From a virus (taxonomy: Duplodnaviria > Caudoviricetes), in IMG/VR virus record IMGVR_UViG_3300048850_000024, positions 1-38,864 of that record: DNA of 38,864 nucleotides. The stretch is one strand, 5' to 3'. How positions within the stretch are numbered: position 1 is the stretch's first letter; each line of letters starts with the position of its first letter. Positions 25,315 to 34,653 of the stretch are shown piece after piece. Under the pieces are notes generated by a model, which saw only the letters and a list, made by a program, of their open reading frames with translations, was not told the origin of the DNA and made no database searches. Position numbers and translations under genes: made by a program.

Positions 25315-26856
25315 ATGGCGATGATTCCCTTCCGCAACATGGGCGCCGGCCTGAACCTGGACGGCTTTCCCCATGAACTCGCACCGCAAGAGTGGTCACG
25401 CGGGCAGAACATCCGGTTCCGGGATGGCTACGCAGAGAAGTTCCAGGGCGACGCAAAGGTCAACGGCACCGTGCTGGCCGCGCCCTATGCCTTGTTCCCG
25501 ACACAGGGCGTCATGGGTCGGTATTGGGTGTATGCCGGGCTCACGAAGCTTGTAGCGGTAGCGAATGCCGCCCATACCGACATTACCCGAACGGCAGGCC
25601 CCTACACCGGAACCGTCAACAACCGCTGGAATGGTGGCGTGCTGTCCGGTGTCCTGGTGGTGAACAACGGCGTGGACATCCCCCAGTTCTGGGGAGGCAA
25701 CCCAGCTACGAAGGCGGCGAACCTGACGAACTGGCCTTCGACGCTGCGGGCCAAAGTCATGCGCCCGTTTCGGAACTTCTTGTTCGCGTTGAACTTGGTG
25801 GACAACGGGGCCGCTCGACCCTACGCCGTGCGGTGGTCCCATCCTGCGGACCCCGGAACGTTGCCCGTGTCGTGGAACATCGCCGATGCGACAAAGGACG
25901 CGGGAGAGTTGGACCTGGCTGACACGAGTGATGTGATTGTGGACGCTGTTCCGCTGGGAGAACGCCTGATCGTCTACAAGGAAAACAGTATTTGGGCGAT
26001 GGACTATGTAGGCTCGCCCTATATCTGGTCCTCCAAGCGCATCATCGACGGGGTGGGGGCCATCGCTCAGGACTGCGTCGTGTCGTACCCGGGCGGCCAT
26101 GCCGTGCTCACCCAGGGCGACGTTGTGAATTTCGACGGGGCGACGGCGCCCTCCATCGCGGACGGGCGTGTCCGCCGCTGGCTGTTCGACAACCTGAACG
26201 CGGATACCTACCAGCGCTCGTTTGCTGTGGCGAATCATCGCCGCAACGAAGCATGGTTTTGCGTCCCGCGCACCGGATCGGATTGGCCTGATACCGCGCT
26301 CATCTATAACTGGAAGGACGGCACCTGGGGTATTCGGGACATTCAGCAGGCATCGGCAGGTGCTTCCGGCACGATCGTCTATGACCTCGGAAACTCCTGG
26401 TCGAGCGATGCAGACCCCTGGGACGCTGACGACACCGCTTGGAATCAGTACGAGTACACCCAGGCCACGCCACGGCTGCTGCTGGCGTCTGCGGTCAATC
26501 AGTCCCTTGTGCTGGTGGACACGGGCAAGACCTTCCAGGGTACGCCCATGATGTCGCTGGTCGAAAAGACCGGGCTCTCGTTCGACGCTCCCGATGCGGT
26601 CAAGTATTGCAAGGGAGTCCGCCCTCGGTTTGAGGCGCAGGCCGGCACAGAAATCAATGTCTACGTTGGCTCCCAGGACGACTTGGAAGAGCCCGTGGAG
26701 TGGACCGGCCCAGTCCCGTTCGTGGTCGGGACGGATCTACAGGCGGACCTGGAGACAAGCGGCCGGTACTTGGCGGTGCGGTTCCAGTCTACCGGCATCG
26801 TGTCTTGGCGTCTTAAGCAGTTCGACATGGATGTCACTGTGGTAGGGGGCTACTGA
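25315..26856 (+). CDS. Tail hub/nozzle protein (P22 gp10-like)
   Basis: 513 aa, beta-rich, VRWS and EAWF motifs, position. Confidence 0.75.
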   Translation: MAMIPFRNMGAGLNLDGFPHELAPQEWSRGQNIRFRDGYAEKFQGDAKVNGTVLAAPYALFPTQGVMGRYWVYAGLTKLVAVANAAHTDITRTAGPYTGTVNNRWNGGVLSGVLVVNNGVDIPQFWGGNPATKAANLTNWPSTLRAKVMRPFRNFLFALNLVDNGAARPYAVRWSHPADPGTLPVSWNIADATKDAGELDLADTSDVIVDAVPLGERLIVYKENSIWAMDYVGSPYIWSSKRIIDGVGAIAQDCVVSYPGGHAVLTQGDVVNFDGATAPSIADGRVRRWLFDNLNADTYQRSFAVANHRRNEAWFCVPRTGSDWPDTALIYNWKDGTWGIRDIQQASAGASGTIVYDLGNSWSSDADPWDADDTAWNQYEYTQATPRLLLASAVNQSLVLVDTGKTFQGTPMMSLVEKTGLSFDAPDAVKYCKGVRPRFEAQAGTEINVYVGSQDDLEEPVEWTGPVPFVVGTDLQADLETSGRYLAVRFQSTGIVSWRLKQFDMDVTVVGGY

Positions 26857-27350
26857 TGGCATACACAGTCGGAAACGCCCCCGCCGCTTATGACGCGCTG
26901 TGGCTCCAGAGCGAGCTCCAGAAGATTCGCGAAGCAATGAGTTCGCCTCAACCATTCGCCTTCCTGGAGCAGCAGAACGTTGCCCCTCCGAAGCCGCGAG
27001 AGGGGATGATTGTCCTTGCCGACGGTACGAATTGGAATCCGGGGCAGGGGCGTGGTTATTACGGGTACTTCGGTGGTCAATGGGTTCCGGCCGGCCTGCC
27101 GACTGGGACACAAGCAACGATCGCCGGAAAGCAACCGGCTGGCAACTATGTCACCCGTGGCGGTAACGCCGTGAATGTGAACTGGACCGCGCAGGGGACC
27201 ACAGGCGCGCTGAAGCTGACCATCGACAGCACCAGCCAGAATTGGATTGTGAACACCCTGACGGGCAACATTGTGCAATTCGCTTGGGACGGGACCGGCC
27301 TGTCGGTTTACATCGACGGTACACGCATAGGCGCGGTTACGACGCACTGA
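26856..27350 (+). CDS. Tail protein with fiber-like C-terminal repeats
   Basis: ADGTNWNPGQGRGYY N-domain, repeats shared with the tail fiber. Confidence 0.7.
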   Translation: MAYTVGNAPAAYDALWLQSELQKIREAMSSPQPFAFLEQQNVAPPKPREGMIVLADGTNWNPGQGRGYYGYFGGQWVPAGLPTGTQATIAGKQPAGNYVTRGGNAVNVNWTAQGTTGALKLTIDSTSQNWIVNTLTGNIVQFAWDGTGLSVYIDGTRIGAVTTH

Positions 27351-27351
27351 T

Positions 27352-27750
27352 ATGGACTACCGACTGCAAGAAGGCTACGACGGTGTTGTGGCGACGCAGG
27401 ATGACGGGTCGGTTCTGTGGATAGCCCGGAGTTCCGATGACCCTGCGTGGCTTTCGTATCAAGCCTGGCTCGCCAGCGGGAACAATCCGCATCCGTCTCC
27501 CCCGATGCCCGTTGTCGTCCCCGTGTCGGTGACCCGCTATCAAGCGCGTGCCGTGCTAGTTCAAACCGGGTTGCTTGACGCTGTGAATGCCTATTTCTCG
27601 GCGCTCCCGGACGGAAACCTCGACAAATTGGCCTGGGAAGAGGCCCCAACCGTGGAGCGCGATAGCTCGGCAACCGGGGCCGCCGCTCAGGCGCTAGGGC
27701 TGACAGCCGAGCAGATGGACGATCTCTTCGTCCAGGCCAAGACCTACTGA
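27352..27750 (+). CDS. Tail-fiber-associated (chaperone-like) protein
   Basis: YQAWLASGN, SVTRYQAR...LGLTAEQMDDLF. Confidence 0.7.
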   Translation: MDYRLQEGYDGVVATQDDGSVLWIARSSDDPAWLSYQAWLASGNNPHPSPPMPVVVPVSVTRYQARAVLVQTGLLDAVNAYFSALPDGNLDKLAWEEAPTVERDSSATGAAAQALGLTAEQMDDLFVQAKTY

Positions 27751-27752
27751 CC

Positions 27753-28175
27753 ATGACAGAACAAATCATCCGTATCCAGGGCGTGCCCTCTGATGCGGCG
27801 GCGGAGCTTTGGCCATTGGTTCGGGAATGGATCGCGGATGCGCTGGCCCGAGGCAACGCTCTTGAGACTACTGACGACGTGCTGGCGAAGATCGAGCGCC
27901 AGGAATACCAGCTTTGGATTGTGGACGACGGCAAGCCTGCTGCGGCTTTCGTCACGCGCATCGCTACGGGCTCGCTTGGGTCGGCGCTGGTCGCGGTTTG
28001 CCTGGGCGGCCAGGGGATGGAGCGATGGCTCTTTGCCGTCGAAGACGTGATTTGCGGCTTCGCCAGGGACAAGGGATGCAAGCGGGCCTACCTGCATGGC
28101 CGCAGGGGATGGGTACGGCAGCTTGCTCAATACGGGTGGGCCGAGGACACGGTTAATGTGATGAAGGAATTGTGA
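27753..28175 (+). CDS. GNAT-like virion assembly protein
   Basis: FARDKGCKR...GRRGW, precedes the ejection genes. Confidence 0.7.
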   Translation: MTEQIIRIQGVPSDAAAELWPLVREWIADALARGNALETTDDVLAKIERQEYQLWIVDDGKPAAAFVTRIATGSLGSALVAVCLGGQGMERWLFAVEDVICGFARDKGCKRAYLHGRRGWVRQLAQYGWAEDTVNVMKEL

Positions 28176-28176
28176 A

Positions 28177-29304
28177 ATGGGCAAGTCTAGCGGCGGCAGC
28201 AACGATCAGACGACTACCTCGGAACCGTGGGACGGCGTTAAGCAGTACCTGACCGGAGGCGGTGGAACAACCACGAAGACCTTGCGGCCTGGCGCTGTGC
28301 CCATCGGCTACCAGCAAGAGGGAAACGGCGGCGACTACGACCCGGTGCGTGGGGGGCAAGGTGCACCGATCTATGCTGACAGTGACTACATCACCTCCAC
28401 GACCGGTGGCACCCCGGGCATATACGGAGAGGCCGCTAACCTCTACCAGAATGGCGGCTGGAATCCACAGATGCAAGGGGTCGTGGATCAGTGGATGTCC
28501 GCGCTACAGGGTCGCGGCGTCAATCCGGACTATGCCCAGAGCATCCTGGATGGTGGCTCGGCACTCCTTCGTGGCGACAACTCGCAGGTTGACCTTGCCG
28601 CCGCTCGGGCCAGTCAAGGCGCACTTGACCCGACTGCCGCCCTTCAGCAAATCCTCTCCGGCCAGGTCAACAATCCCTACCTGGACGATCAGATTTCCGC
28701 CTTGGGCAACGACCTATCGAGCAACTTCCTTCAGAACGTGGCTCCTGGTCTGCGCTCCGGCGCGGTGGCAGCAGGCGGGTATGGCGGCTCTCGGCAGGGC
28801 ATCGTAGAAGGGCTGGGTACGCAGGGCGTTACGGATGCTCTCGCTACTCAGGCTGCCAACCTGCGCGGAACGGCTTTCGAGAACGCGCAGAATCGCATGC
28901 AGTCCACGGCCCAGGCCCTGAACGACCAAGCGGGGACGGTGGCGCAGAACAACATCAACAACCGACTGAATGCTGCTCAGGTCGGCTCGTCACTCATCGG
29001 GACCGGGACGGCGATGCAGCAGCAGAACCAAGCCGCCGACGATGCCCGGTATCAGCAGATGCTGGCCCTTTTGGGCGCCGGAGACAGCTACAACTGGTCG
29101 AACCTCGGCAACTATGCGTCGATCATATCGCCTGGAGCCGGCATTGGTGGAACAAGCACCCTCACGGGCGGCGGGGGCTCGAATCCCATAGCCGGAGGTC
29201 TCGGAGGAGCGCTTGCGGGCGGCGCTATCGGCAAGAGTATTGGCGGTTATGGCGGCGTCGGTTCTCTGATCGGCGGCGGTTTGGGCCTACTTAGCGCAGT
29301 TTGA
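28177..29304 (+). CDS. DNA ejection/pilot protein
   Basis: MGKSSGG...EPW start, NPYL, GGYGGSRQG, Gly-rich hydrophobic C-terminus. Confidence 0.75.
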   Translation: MGKSSGGSNDQTTTSEPWDGVKQYLTGGGGTTTKTLRPGAVPIGYQQEGNGGDYDPVRGGQGAPIYADSDYITSTTGGTPGIYGEAANLYQNGGWNPQMQGVVDQWMSALQGRGVNPDYAQSILDGGSALLRGDNSQVDLAAARASQGALDPTAALQQILSGQVNNPYLDDQISALGNDLSSNFLQNVAPGLRSGAVAAGGYGGSRQGIVEGLGTQGVTDALATQAANLRGTAFENAQNRMQSTAQALNDQAGTVAQNNINNRLNAAQVGSSLIGTGTAMQQQNQAADDARYQQMLALLGAGDSYNWSNLGNYASIISPGAGIGGTSTLTGGGGSNPIAGGLGGALAGGAIGKSIGGYGGVGSLIGGGLGLLSAV

Positions 29305-29311
29305 GGTGGAC

Positions 29312-30022
29312 ATGCCGATGACTTTCAATCCACAACTGATTCAGTCTCTACAGACAGCAGGGCAACAAGCTGAACAGGCACGCCGTCAACGAGAAATGCA
29401 GTTGCAGCAGCAGGCCCAGCAGCAACAACAGCAACAACAGCAGCAACAGAATTCCCAGTTGAATATGGCCCGGCAGCTTCTGCCAAAAACGGCACCTAAT
29501 ACCGCCTTGGGATCTACAGAGGGTATGACCGGCTCGTGGCTCCCCGTGCAGGGCGGCGGGCTCGGCGGCTTGGGCGGCACCATCACGGCTGCACCTACCG
29601 TCTTCGGCGGGGCGGCTACGAGCGGGATAGGAGCGGGCGGCACGCTGGGGTCCTTTGCGGCTGGTGGCAGTGGTGCGGCCGGGGGCGCAGCAGCCGGTGG
29701 TGCTGCGACGGGTGGCACTGCCGCCTTGGGCGCGACTGGCATAGGCGCTCTTGTGCTGGCGGGCATCGCCAACGAGAACTATGCGAAGAGCCACGGATTC
29801 CGCCGCGACGGGGCGGACTACTACAAGGACCTTGCGACCGGGCGCGTTTTGAGCCAGGACGTGGACAACCGATGGTCCCCGATGCTGTTCGGGAAGAACG
29901 ACAACATGGGCTTCGGACACGACATGTCTACGGCTGCGGACCTGGGATCGTTCCAGTTCGGCAAGGCATTCAAGGACTTCAAGAAAAGTTCGCTGCTTAC
30001 GGGCTTCGGCCTGTTCGACTAA
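29312..30022 (+). CDS. Putative ejection protein with poly-Q and Gly/Ala-rich segments
   Basis: GAGG RBS, lies between ejection genes. Alternative start 29306. Confidence 0.7.
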   Translation: MPMTFNPQLIQSLQTAGQQAEQARRQREMQLQQQAQQQQQQQQQQQNSQLNMARQLLPKTAPNTALGSTEGMTGSWLPVQGGGLGGLGGTITAAPTVFGGAATSGIGAGGTLGSFAAGGSGAAGGAAAGGAATGGTAALGATGIGALVLAGIANENYAKSHGFRRDGADYYKDLATGRVLSQDVDNRWSPMLFGKNDNMGFGHDMSTAADLGSFQFGKAFKDFKKSSLLTGFGLFD

Positions 30023-30031
30023 GGGGCACAC

Positions 30032-31345
30032 ATGGCGACTATGGACGATTCCAGCGGCGGCGGGTTTTTTGGCAGCCTGCAAGACCCGCAGACCTATGGG
30101 CTGCTGGCGGCTGGCCTTGGCATCCTGGCGAACGCCAACGGCCCGAACTCGCGCAATGCTATCGGCGCTGGGGCGCTCACGGGCCTTCAGGCGGCACAGG
30201 CAGCACAGCAGAACGCCTATCTGGGCGACTATCGCAAGGCGCAGGCGGCGAAGCTGCAACAGGACGCTGAGAAGAACCGGGTCGTGCTCGACATTCTGGG
30301 GAAGGTTGGCGGCCAGTCGCAACCGGGAGCACTGCTGGCAGGGGCCATGCCTCCTAATAGTCCGTCCGCTATGCCAAGCGGTGGCCCGCAAGGGTTTCCG
30401 CTGTCTCTCCAGGACGTGACGGCCTTGAAGTTGGCAGGCGTCGATGTATTCGATCAGTACAAGTACGCCAATGACGGGGTGAAGCGAGACCCGGGTGCCT
30501 TCTACGACAACCCCGTGACGGGGCAGCGTGAGTACATCCCAAAGGTCCCGGAGGGGTTCAACCTGCAAATGGGCGCGGATGGAAAGCCGACAATCGCCCC
30601 GATAGCTGGTTACCTGCAAGGGACGGCGACTCAAGCCGGTGCTACGACCGACGCTCAGGAGGCTGCAAAGGCCAAGTATGACCTCGTGGCGGTCCCGCTA
30701 CCCGGCGGTGGCACCCAGTTGATGCCGCGGGCCCAAGCTGCCGCGCTGCTGGGCAGTGAGTCGGCCGGACGGCCTTCTGAGGCTGCTGGGGGGGCTGCGT
30801 CTGGGTCGGCCGCAGGACTTGGTACAGCGCCAAGCGCTCAAGTCGTCGCTGCTCGCGCCGAACTGCCCAAGCTGGATACTCAAATCACGCAACTGACCTC
30901 GACCATCGACAAAGCACTTGTGCACCCTGGCCTGAAGTATTCAGTAGGCCCGTGGTCTGTAGCCCCTACCATCCCCGGGACAGATCAAGCAGATTTCCGC
31001 GCCATCCAGGGGCAACTGCAAGGGCAGGCATTCTTGCAGGCGTATCAGTCCCTGCGTGGTGGGGGCGCGATCACCGAAGTAGAAGGACAGAAGGCCGAGA
31101 ACGCCATTGCCAGGCTCAACAGCGCGCAAAGCGAAGGGGCTTACCGTGAGGCCCTGGGCGATCTAAAGTCTGTGCTCTCCGCAGCGCGGGAGCGTGCGTA
31201 CAAGCAAGCCGGGCTCGATATCCCATCTGCCGATAGTAAGGAGGCAGGTAGCAGCGCTGGCGGGGCTCGCAAGGTTACTCGTCGGGGAACCTACAACGGT
31301 CGGCCCGTCGTCCAGTACAGCGACGGAACGGTGGAGTACCAGTAA
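30032..31345 (+). CDS. DNA ejection/transfer protein
   Basis: GLLAAGLGIL N-terminus, LRGGGAITEVEG motif. Confidence 0.75.
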   Translation: MATMDDSSGGGFFGSLQDPQTYGLLAAGLGILANANGPNSRNAIGAGALTGLQAAQAAQQNAYLGDYRKAQAAKLQQDAEKNRVVLDILGKVGGQSQPGALLAGAMPPNSPSAMPSGGPQGFPLSLQDVTALKLAGVDVFDQYKYANDGVKRDPGAFYDNPVTGQREYIPKVPEGFNLQMGADGKPTIAPIAGYLQGTATQAGATTDAQEAAKAKYDLVAVPLPGGGTQLMPRAQAAALLGSESAGRPSEAAGGAASGSAAGLGTAPSAQVVAARAELPKLDTQITQLTSTIDKALVHPGLKYSVGPWSVAPTIPGTDQADFRAIQGQLQGQAFLQAYQSLRGGGAITEVEGQKAENAIARLNSAQSEGAYREALGDLKSVLSAARERAYKQAGLDIPSADSKEAGSSAGGARKVTRRGTYNGRPVVQYSDGTVEYQ

Positions 31346-33495
31346 TGGCAGACTTGGATGACCTCATCAGGTTGGTTGCGCAAGCTGAAAGCGGTGGACG
31401 CAGCTTTGACAGGCAGGGCAACCTGATAACCTCTCCTGCTGGCGCGCAAGGGATGATGCAGGTAATGCCGGCTACGAACCGCGATCCAGGATTTGGCGTG
31501 AAGCCTGCCGCAGACGATAGCGAGGCAGAACGTATCCGGGTTGGACAGGACTACTTGCGCGCGATGGTGAACCGGTACGGGGGGAGCGTCCCGCAAGCAC
31601 TGGCTGCGTACAACGCCGGCCCGGGGCGTGTTGACGCTGCAATCCAGAAGGGTGGCGATGACTGGATGTCGCTGCTCCCCCAAGAAACTCGGAACTATGT
31701 GCCGAAGATCGTTGCGGGGCTGATGCCCAAACAGGGAATGGGCGACCGGATTGCTTCCGCCGTATTGCCTTCTGCGAATGCGGCGCAGCCCATCGACCCA
31801 GCCAAGGTTCAATGGGAATCTCCGTCCACGGGTGAACCCATCGATGCGTCCAAGGTGCAATGGGAGGAAAGCGGGGCTACCGCGCCAACCGAAGCCGACG
31901 TACAAAGCCGTCCCGCTACATTGGAGCAACGCATAGTGGCAAGCCCTCCCATGCGGGCGCTGCGCGGTGCCAAGGACGTTGTAGACGCTGGCGCGCAGAT
32001 GTTGGCGCATGCTATCCCTGAACCGGTTGTCAATGCTGTGAATACGGGGGCTCAGATTCTGAACGACCTCCCACTGATTGGCCCCGTCACGAAGGCGGTA
32101 GGGTTGACTCCCGCCACGCCCGCTCAGTTGGATACGTCCCTGGCGAACGACGAAAAGGCGTACCAGGCCGCGCGCACCGCGACCGGGCAATCTGGGCTCG
32201 ACGCTTACCGCTTGGCTGGGAACGTGGCGGCAACTGCCCCAATCTTCGCTGGAGTTCCAGGGGCGGCTGTGACGCTGCCCCAGCGCATCGTTGCAGGTGC
32301 TGCCGGGGGCGCTGCCACGGGGTTACTGAATCCAGTTCTAGAGGGCCAATACACTCCAGAAGAGAAACTCAGCCAAGCGCGCCTTGGCGCCGCATTCGGC
32401 GCGGGTGGCTCGACGCTCGGGGGGCTAGTTGGCCGAGCCATAGCGCCCAAGGCGGCTAGCAACCCACAGATCCAAACTTTGCTCAAAGAGGGCGTGACCC
32501 CGACGCCTGGACAGTTGCTTGGTGGCACCGCTCGGACTATCGAGGACAAGGCTATCAGCGTTCCCATCGTCGGCGATGCCATTCGAGCTGCCCGTACGCG
32601 AGGGGTAGAGGACTTCAACCGGGCGGCGCTCAATCGCGCTGTTGCTCCGCTGGGCGAGAAGGTAACCAACGTCGGCCGCGAGGGGATGCAGGAGGTTGAC
32701 CAGATTATCGGCAATGCCTACGACTCCCTGCTACCCAAGCTGACCTTCCGCGCGGATGCCAAATTTGGGCGGGACCTTGGCAAGTTGCAGCAAATGGCGC
32801 GCTCCCTGCCCGATGGCGGCAAACAGTTCAACGATATCGTCTCGTCCCAAGTGGGATCGAGGCTAACCAACGGGTTCGCGGACGGCCAGGGCTTCAAGCA
32901 GATCGAAAGCGAAATCGGCCGGTTAGCCACCAACTACCGCAGCAGCGCTGTCGCCAGTGAGCGCGACCTAGGGAACGCGCTTGGTGAAGTCCAGACTGCG
33001 CTAAGGGAGGCGCTGCAACGCGCCAACCCGAAGAACGCTCCGGAACTGTCCAAGATCAACAAGGCGTATGCCCAGTTCACGCGACTGCAACGGGCAGCGT
33101 CTATGACCGGTGCGGATGACGGGATTTTTACCCCAGCGCAATTCTCCAGCGCAGTCCGCGCTTCTGACAAGACGGCTCGGAAGAACGCCTATGCCAAGGG
33201 CACCGCCATGATGCAGGACTTGTCGGATGCCGGCCGCAGCGTGATGAACAGCACGATTCCGAATTCCGGCACGGCAGACCGGCTGTTTGCTGGGCTTGGT
33301 GCGCTGGGTACGGGGTTGTATAGCCCGGCGATCCCGGCAGGCTTGCTGGCTGGCGCTATCCCATACCTTCCCGGGGTGAGCCGGGCCGCTGCTGCTGCCA
33401 TGGCTCGTCGGCCGGACGCTGCGATCAAAGCCGGGGGGCTTTTGGAACAAGCCTCGCCCGTGATTGGGGGGCTATTGGGACTGGCGGCCCGATGA
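31345..33495 (+). CDS. Ejection protein with N-terminal lytic transglycosylase (SLT) domain
   Basis: AESGG, GAQGMMQVMP, ALAAYNAGPG, ETRNYV, PNSGTADR. Confidence 0.88.
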   Translation: MADLDDLIRLVAQAESGGRSFDRQGNLITSPAGAQGMMQVMPATNRDPGFGVKPAADDSEAERIRVGQDYLRAMVNRYGGSVPQALAAYNAGPGRVDAAIQKGGDDWMSLLPQETRNYVPKIVAGLMPKQGMGDRIASAVLPSANAAQPIDPAKVQWESPSTGEPIDASKVQWEESGATAPTEADVQSRPATLEQRIVASPPMRALRGAKDVVDAGAQMLAHAIPEPVVNAVNTGAQILNDLPLIGPVTKAVGLTPATPAQLDTSLANDEKAYQAARTATGQSGLDAYRLAGNVAATAPIFAGVPGAAVTLPQRIVAGAAGGAATGLLNPVLEGQYTPEEKLSQARLGAAFGAGGSTLGGLVGRAIAPKAASNPQIQTLLKEGVTPTPGQLLGGTARTIEDKAISVPIVGDAIRAARTRGVEDFNRAALNRAVAPLGEKVTNVGREGMQEVDQIIGNAYDSLLPKLTFRADAKFGRDLGKLQQMARSLPDGGKQFNDIVSSQVGSRLTNGFADGQGFKQIESEIGRLATNYRSSAVASERDLGNALGEVQTALREALQRANPKNAPELSKINKAYAQFTRLQRAASMTGADDGIFTPAQFSSAVRASDKTARKNAYAKGTAMMQDLSDAGRSVMNSTIPNSGTADRLFAGLGALGTGLYSPAIPAGLLAGAIPYLPGVSRAAAAAMARRPDAAIKAGGLLEQASPVIGGLLGLAAR

Positions 33496-33660
33496 CCGTA
33501 ACCGGGCCAACCCACGGCCGAAGGTCTTCCCTAAGGCATACCTAGCGCTTCGCTTGCTGTGATAGCAGTCGCCGAGGAAATGGCAGATGGCCCACCGGAT
33601 GAAGGGTATCAATCCGATGATGAATGCCGCTATGGCAATGCGCATTGACTGTTCGCTCAT
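33472..33660 (-). CDS. 62-aa membrane protein moron, antisense to late genes
   Basis: One TM helix plus basic tail, fills the gap between ejection and lysis genes. Confidence 0.55.
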   Translation of the reverse strand: MSEQSMRIAIAAFIIGLIPFIRWAICHFLGDCYHSKRSARYALGKTFGRGLARLRSSGRQSQ

Positions 33661-33677
33661 ACGCAGATTCTACGATC

Positions 33678-33703
33678 AACCGCCGCCGAAAGGCGGTTTT
33701 TTT
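33678..33703 (+). terminator. Rho-independent terminator
   Basis: AACCGCC/GGCGGTT stem plus T7. Confidence 0.8.
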
Positions 33704-33723
33704 ACGCCTAGAGGGGATAGGTA

Positions 33724-33990
33724 ATGGCAGATGAGCCAAAAGAAGGGTGGATGGTCAGCGCCAAGATGTTGGTGTCTATGGTGGCGTCTGCGATGGTCAT
33801 TCTCGGAACCGTACTGGGCGGCTGTGGGTGGGTTATCGGCCTCTACAACGGAATGGACAAGCGCCTCACCATCGTTGAGGCCAGTAACGCTCGGATGGGC
33901 GACGACATCCGCGATATCAAAACCATGCTTAGCCAACTCATGATGAACCGCGCCGACAACCGGCCGGACATGCAACGGTGGTCCAAATGA
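33724..33990 (+). CDS. Membrane protein with coiled coil (holin/antiholin-like)
   Basis: One TM helix, first gene of the lysis cassette. Confidence 0.65.
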   Translation: MADEPKEGWMVSAKMLVSMVASAMVILGTVLGGCGWVIGLYNGMDKRLTIVEASNARMGDDIRDIKTMLSQLMMNRADNRPDMQRWSK

Positions 33991-34241
33991 AGATAGCCCT
34001 AGCTGATAACTGGCGTGAGCTGCACAAGCGCTCCACCGTCATTGCAGCGTCCGCCTTCGCGGCTCTGACCGCCTTCGGTCCGACGCTCATTGATGCATGG
34101 AACATGGTTCCGTCCGATCTGAAGGCGGCATTGCCGGAAGGAACGGCCCGATGGGTGTCTGTCACGGCATTCCTGCTGATGATCTTTTTCCGCTACACGA
34201 AGATTGAGCGCAAGAAGGAGGGCGACGATGGGCGGGTATGA
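33987..34241 (+). CDS. Putative holin
   Basis: Two TM helices, charged C-terminus, precedes the lysozyme. Confidence 0.75.
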   Translation: MKIALADNWRELHKRSTVIAASAFAALTAFGPTLIDAWNMVPSDLKAALPEGTARWVSVTAFLLMIFFRYTKIERKKEGDDGRV

Positions 34242-34653
34242 CCTTGCGACGCTTCAGGCCGAACTTGTGAGGGACGAGGGGGAGAGGCTCAAGCCCTACA
34301 AGGACACGGTGGGCAAGACAACCATAGGTATCGGGCGGAACCTGGACGACGTTGGAATCAGTCACGACGAGGCGCTGATGCTGCTCGCGAACGACATTGT
34401 GCGGGCGGAGCTTTGGCTAGACAGGAATCTGCCTTGGTGGCGGGACCTGGAGCCGGTACGGCAGCGGGTGCTGGTGAACATGGCGTTCAACCTGGGCGGG
34501 CGTCTGCTGTCCTTCAAAAACACCCTTAAGGCTGTACAAGCCCACGATTGGCAGGCCGCCCATGACGGGATGCTCGATAGCCTATGGGCTCGTCAGGTTG
34601 GTGCAAGAGCCAAGCGCCTTGCCTACATGATGCTGACGGGAGAACCGGCATGA
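34228..34653 (+). CDS. Endolysin (T4-lysozyme-like, GH24)
   Basis: DEG...PYKDTVGKTTIGIGRNL catalytic E-D-T pattern, SLWARQVGARA. Confidence 0.93.
   Translation: MGGYDLATLQAELVRDEGERLKPYKDTVGKTTIGIGRNLDDVGISHDEALMLLANDIVRAELWLDRNLPWWRDLEPVRQRVLVNMAFNLGGRLLSFKNTLKAVQAHDWQAAHDGMLDSLWARQVGARAKRLAYMMLTGEPA

Noticed and set aside
24101-27350. Diversity-generating retroelement acting on the tail fiber
   Set aside because: No reverse transcriptase. The repeats are diverged at protein level and are not a near-identical TR/VR pair differing at adenines
29348-30634. Long antisense ORFs (also 22154..23218, 18882..19817, 25396..26238, 1992..2735, 37097..37990)
   Set aside because: Shadow frames of well-supported genes in GC-rich DNA, with no recognisable motifs
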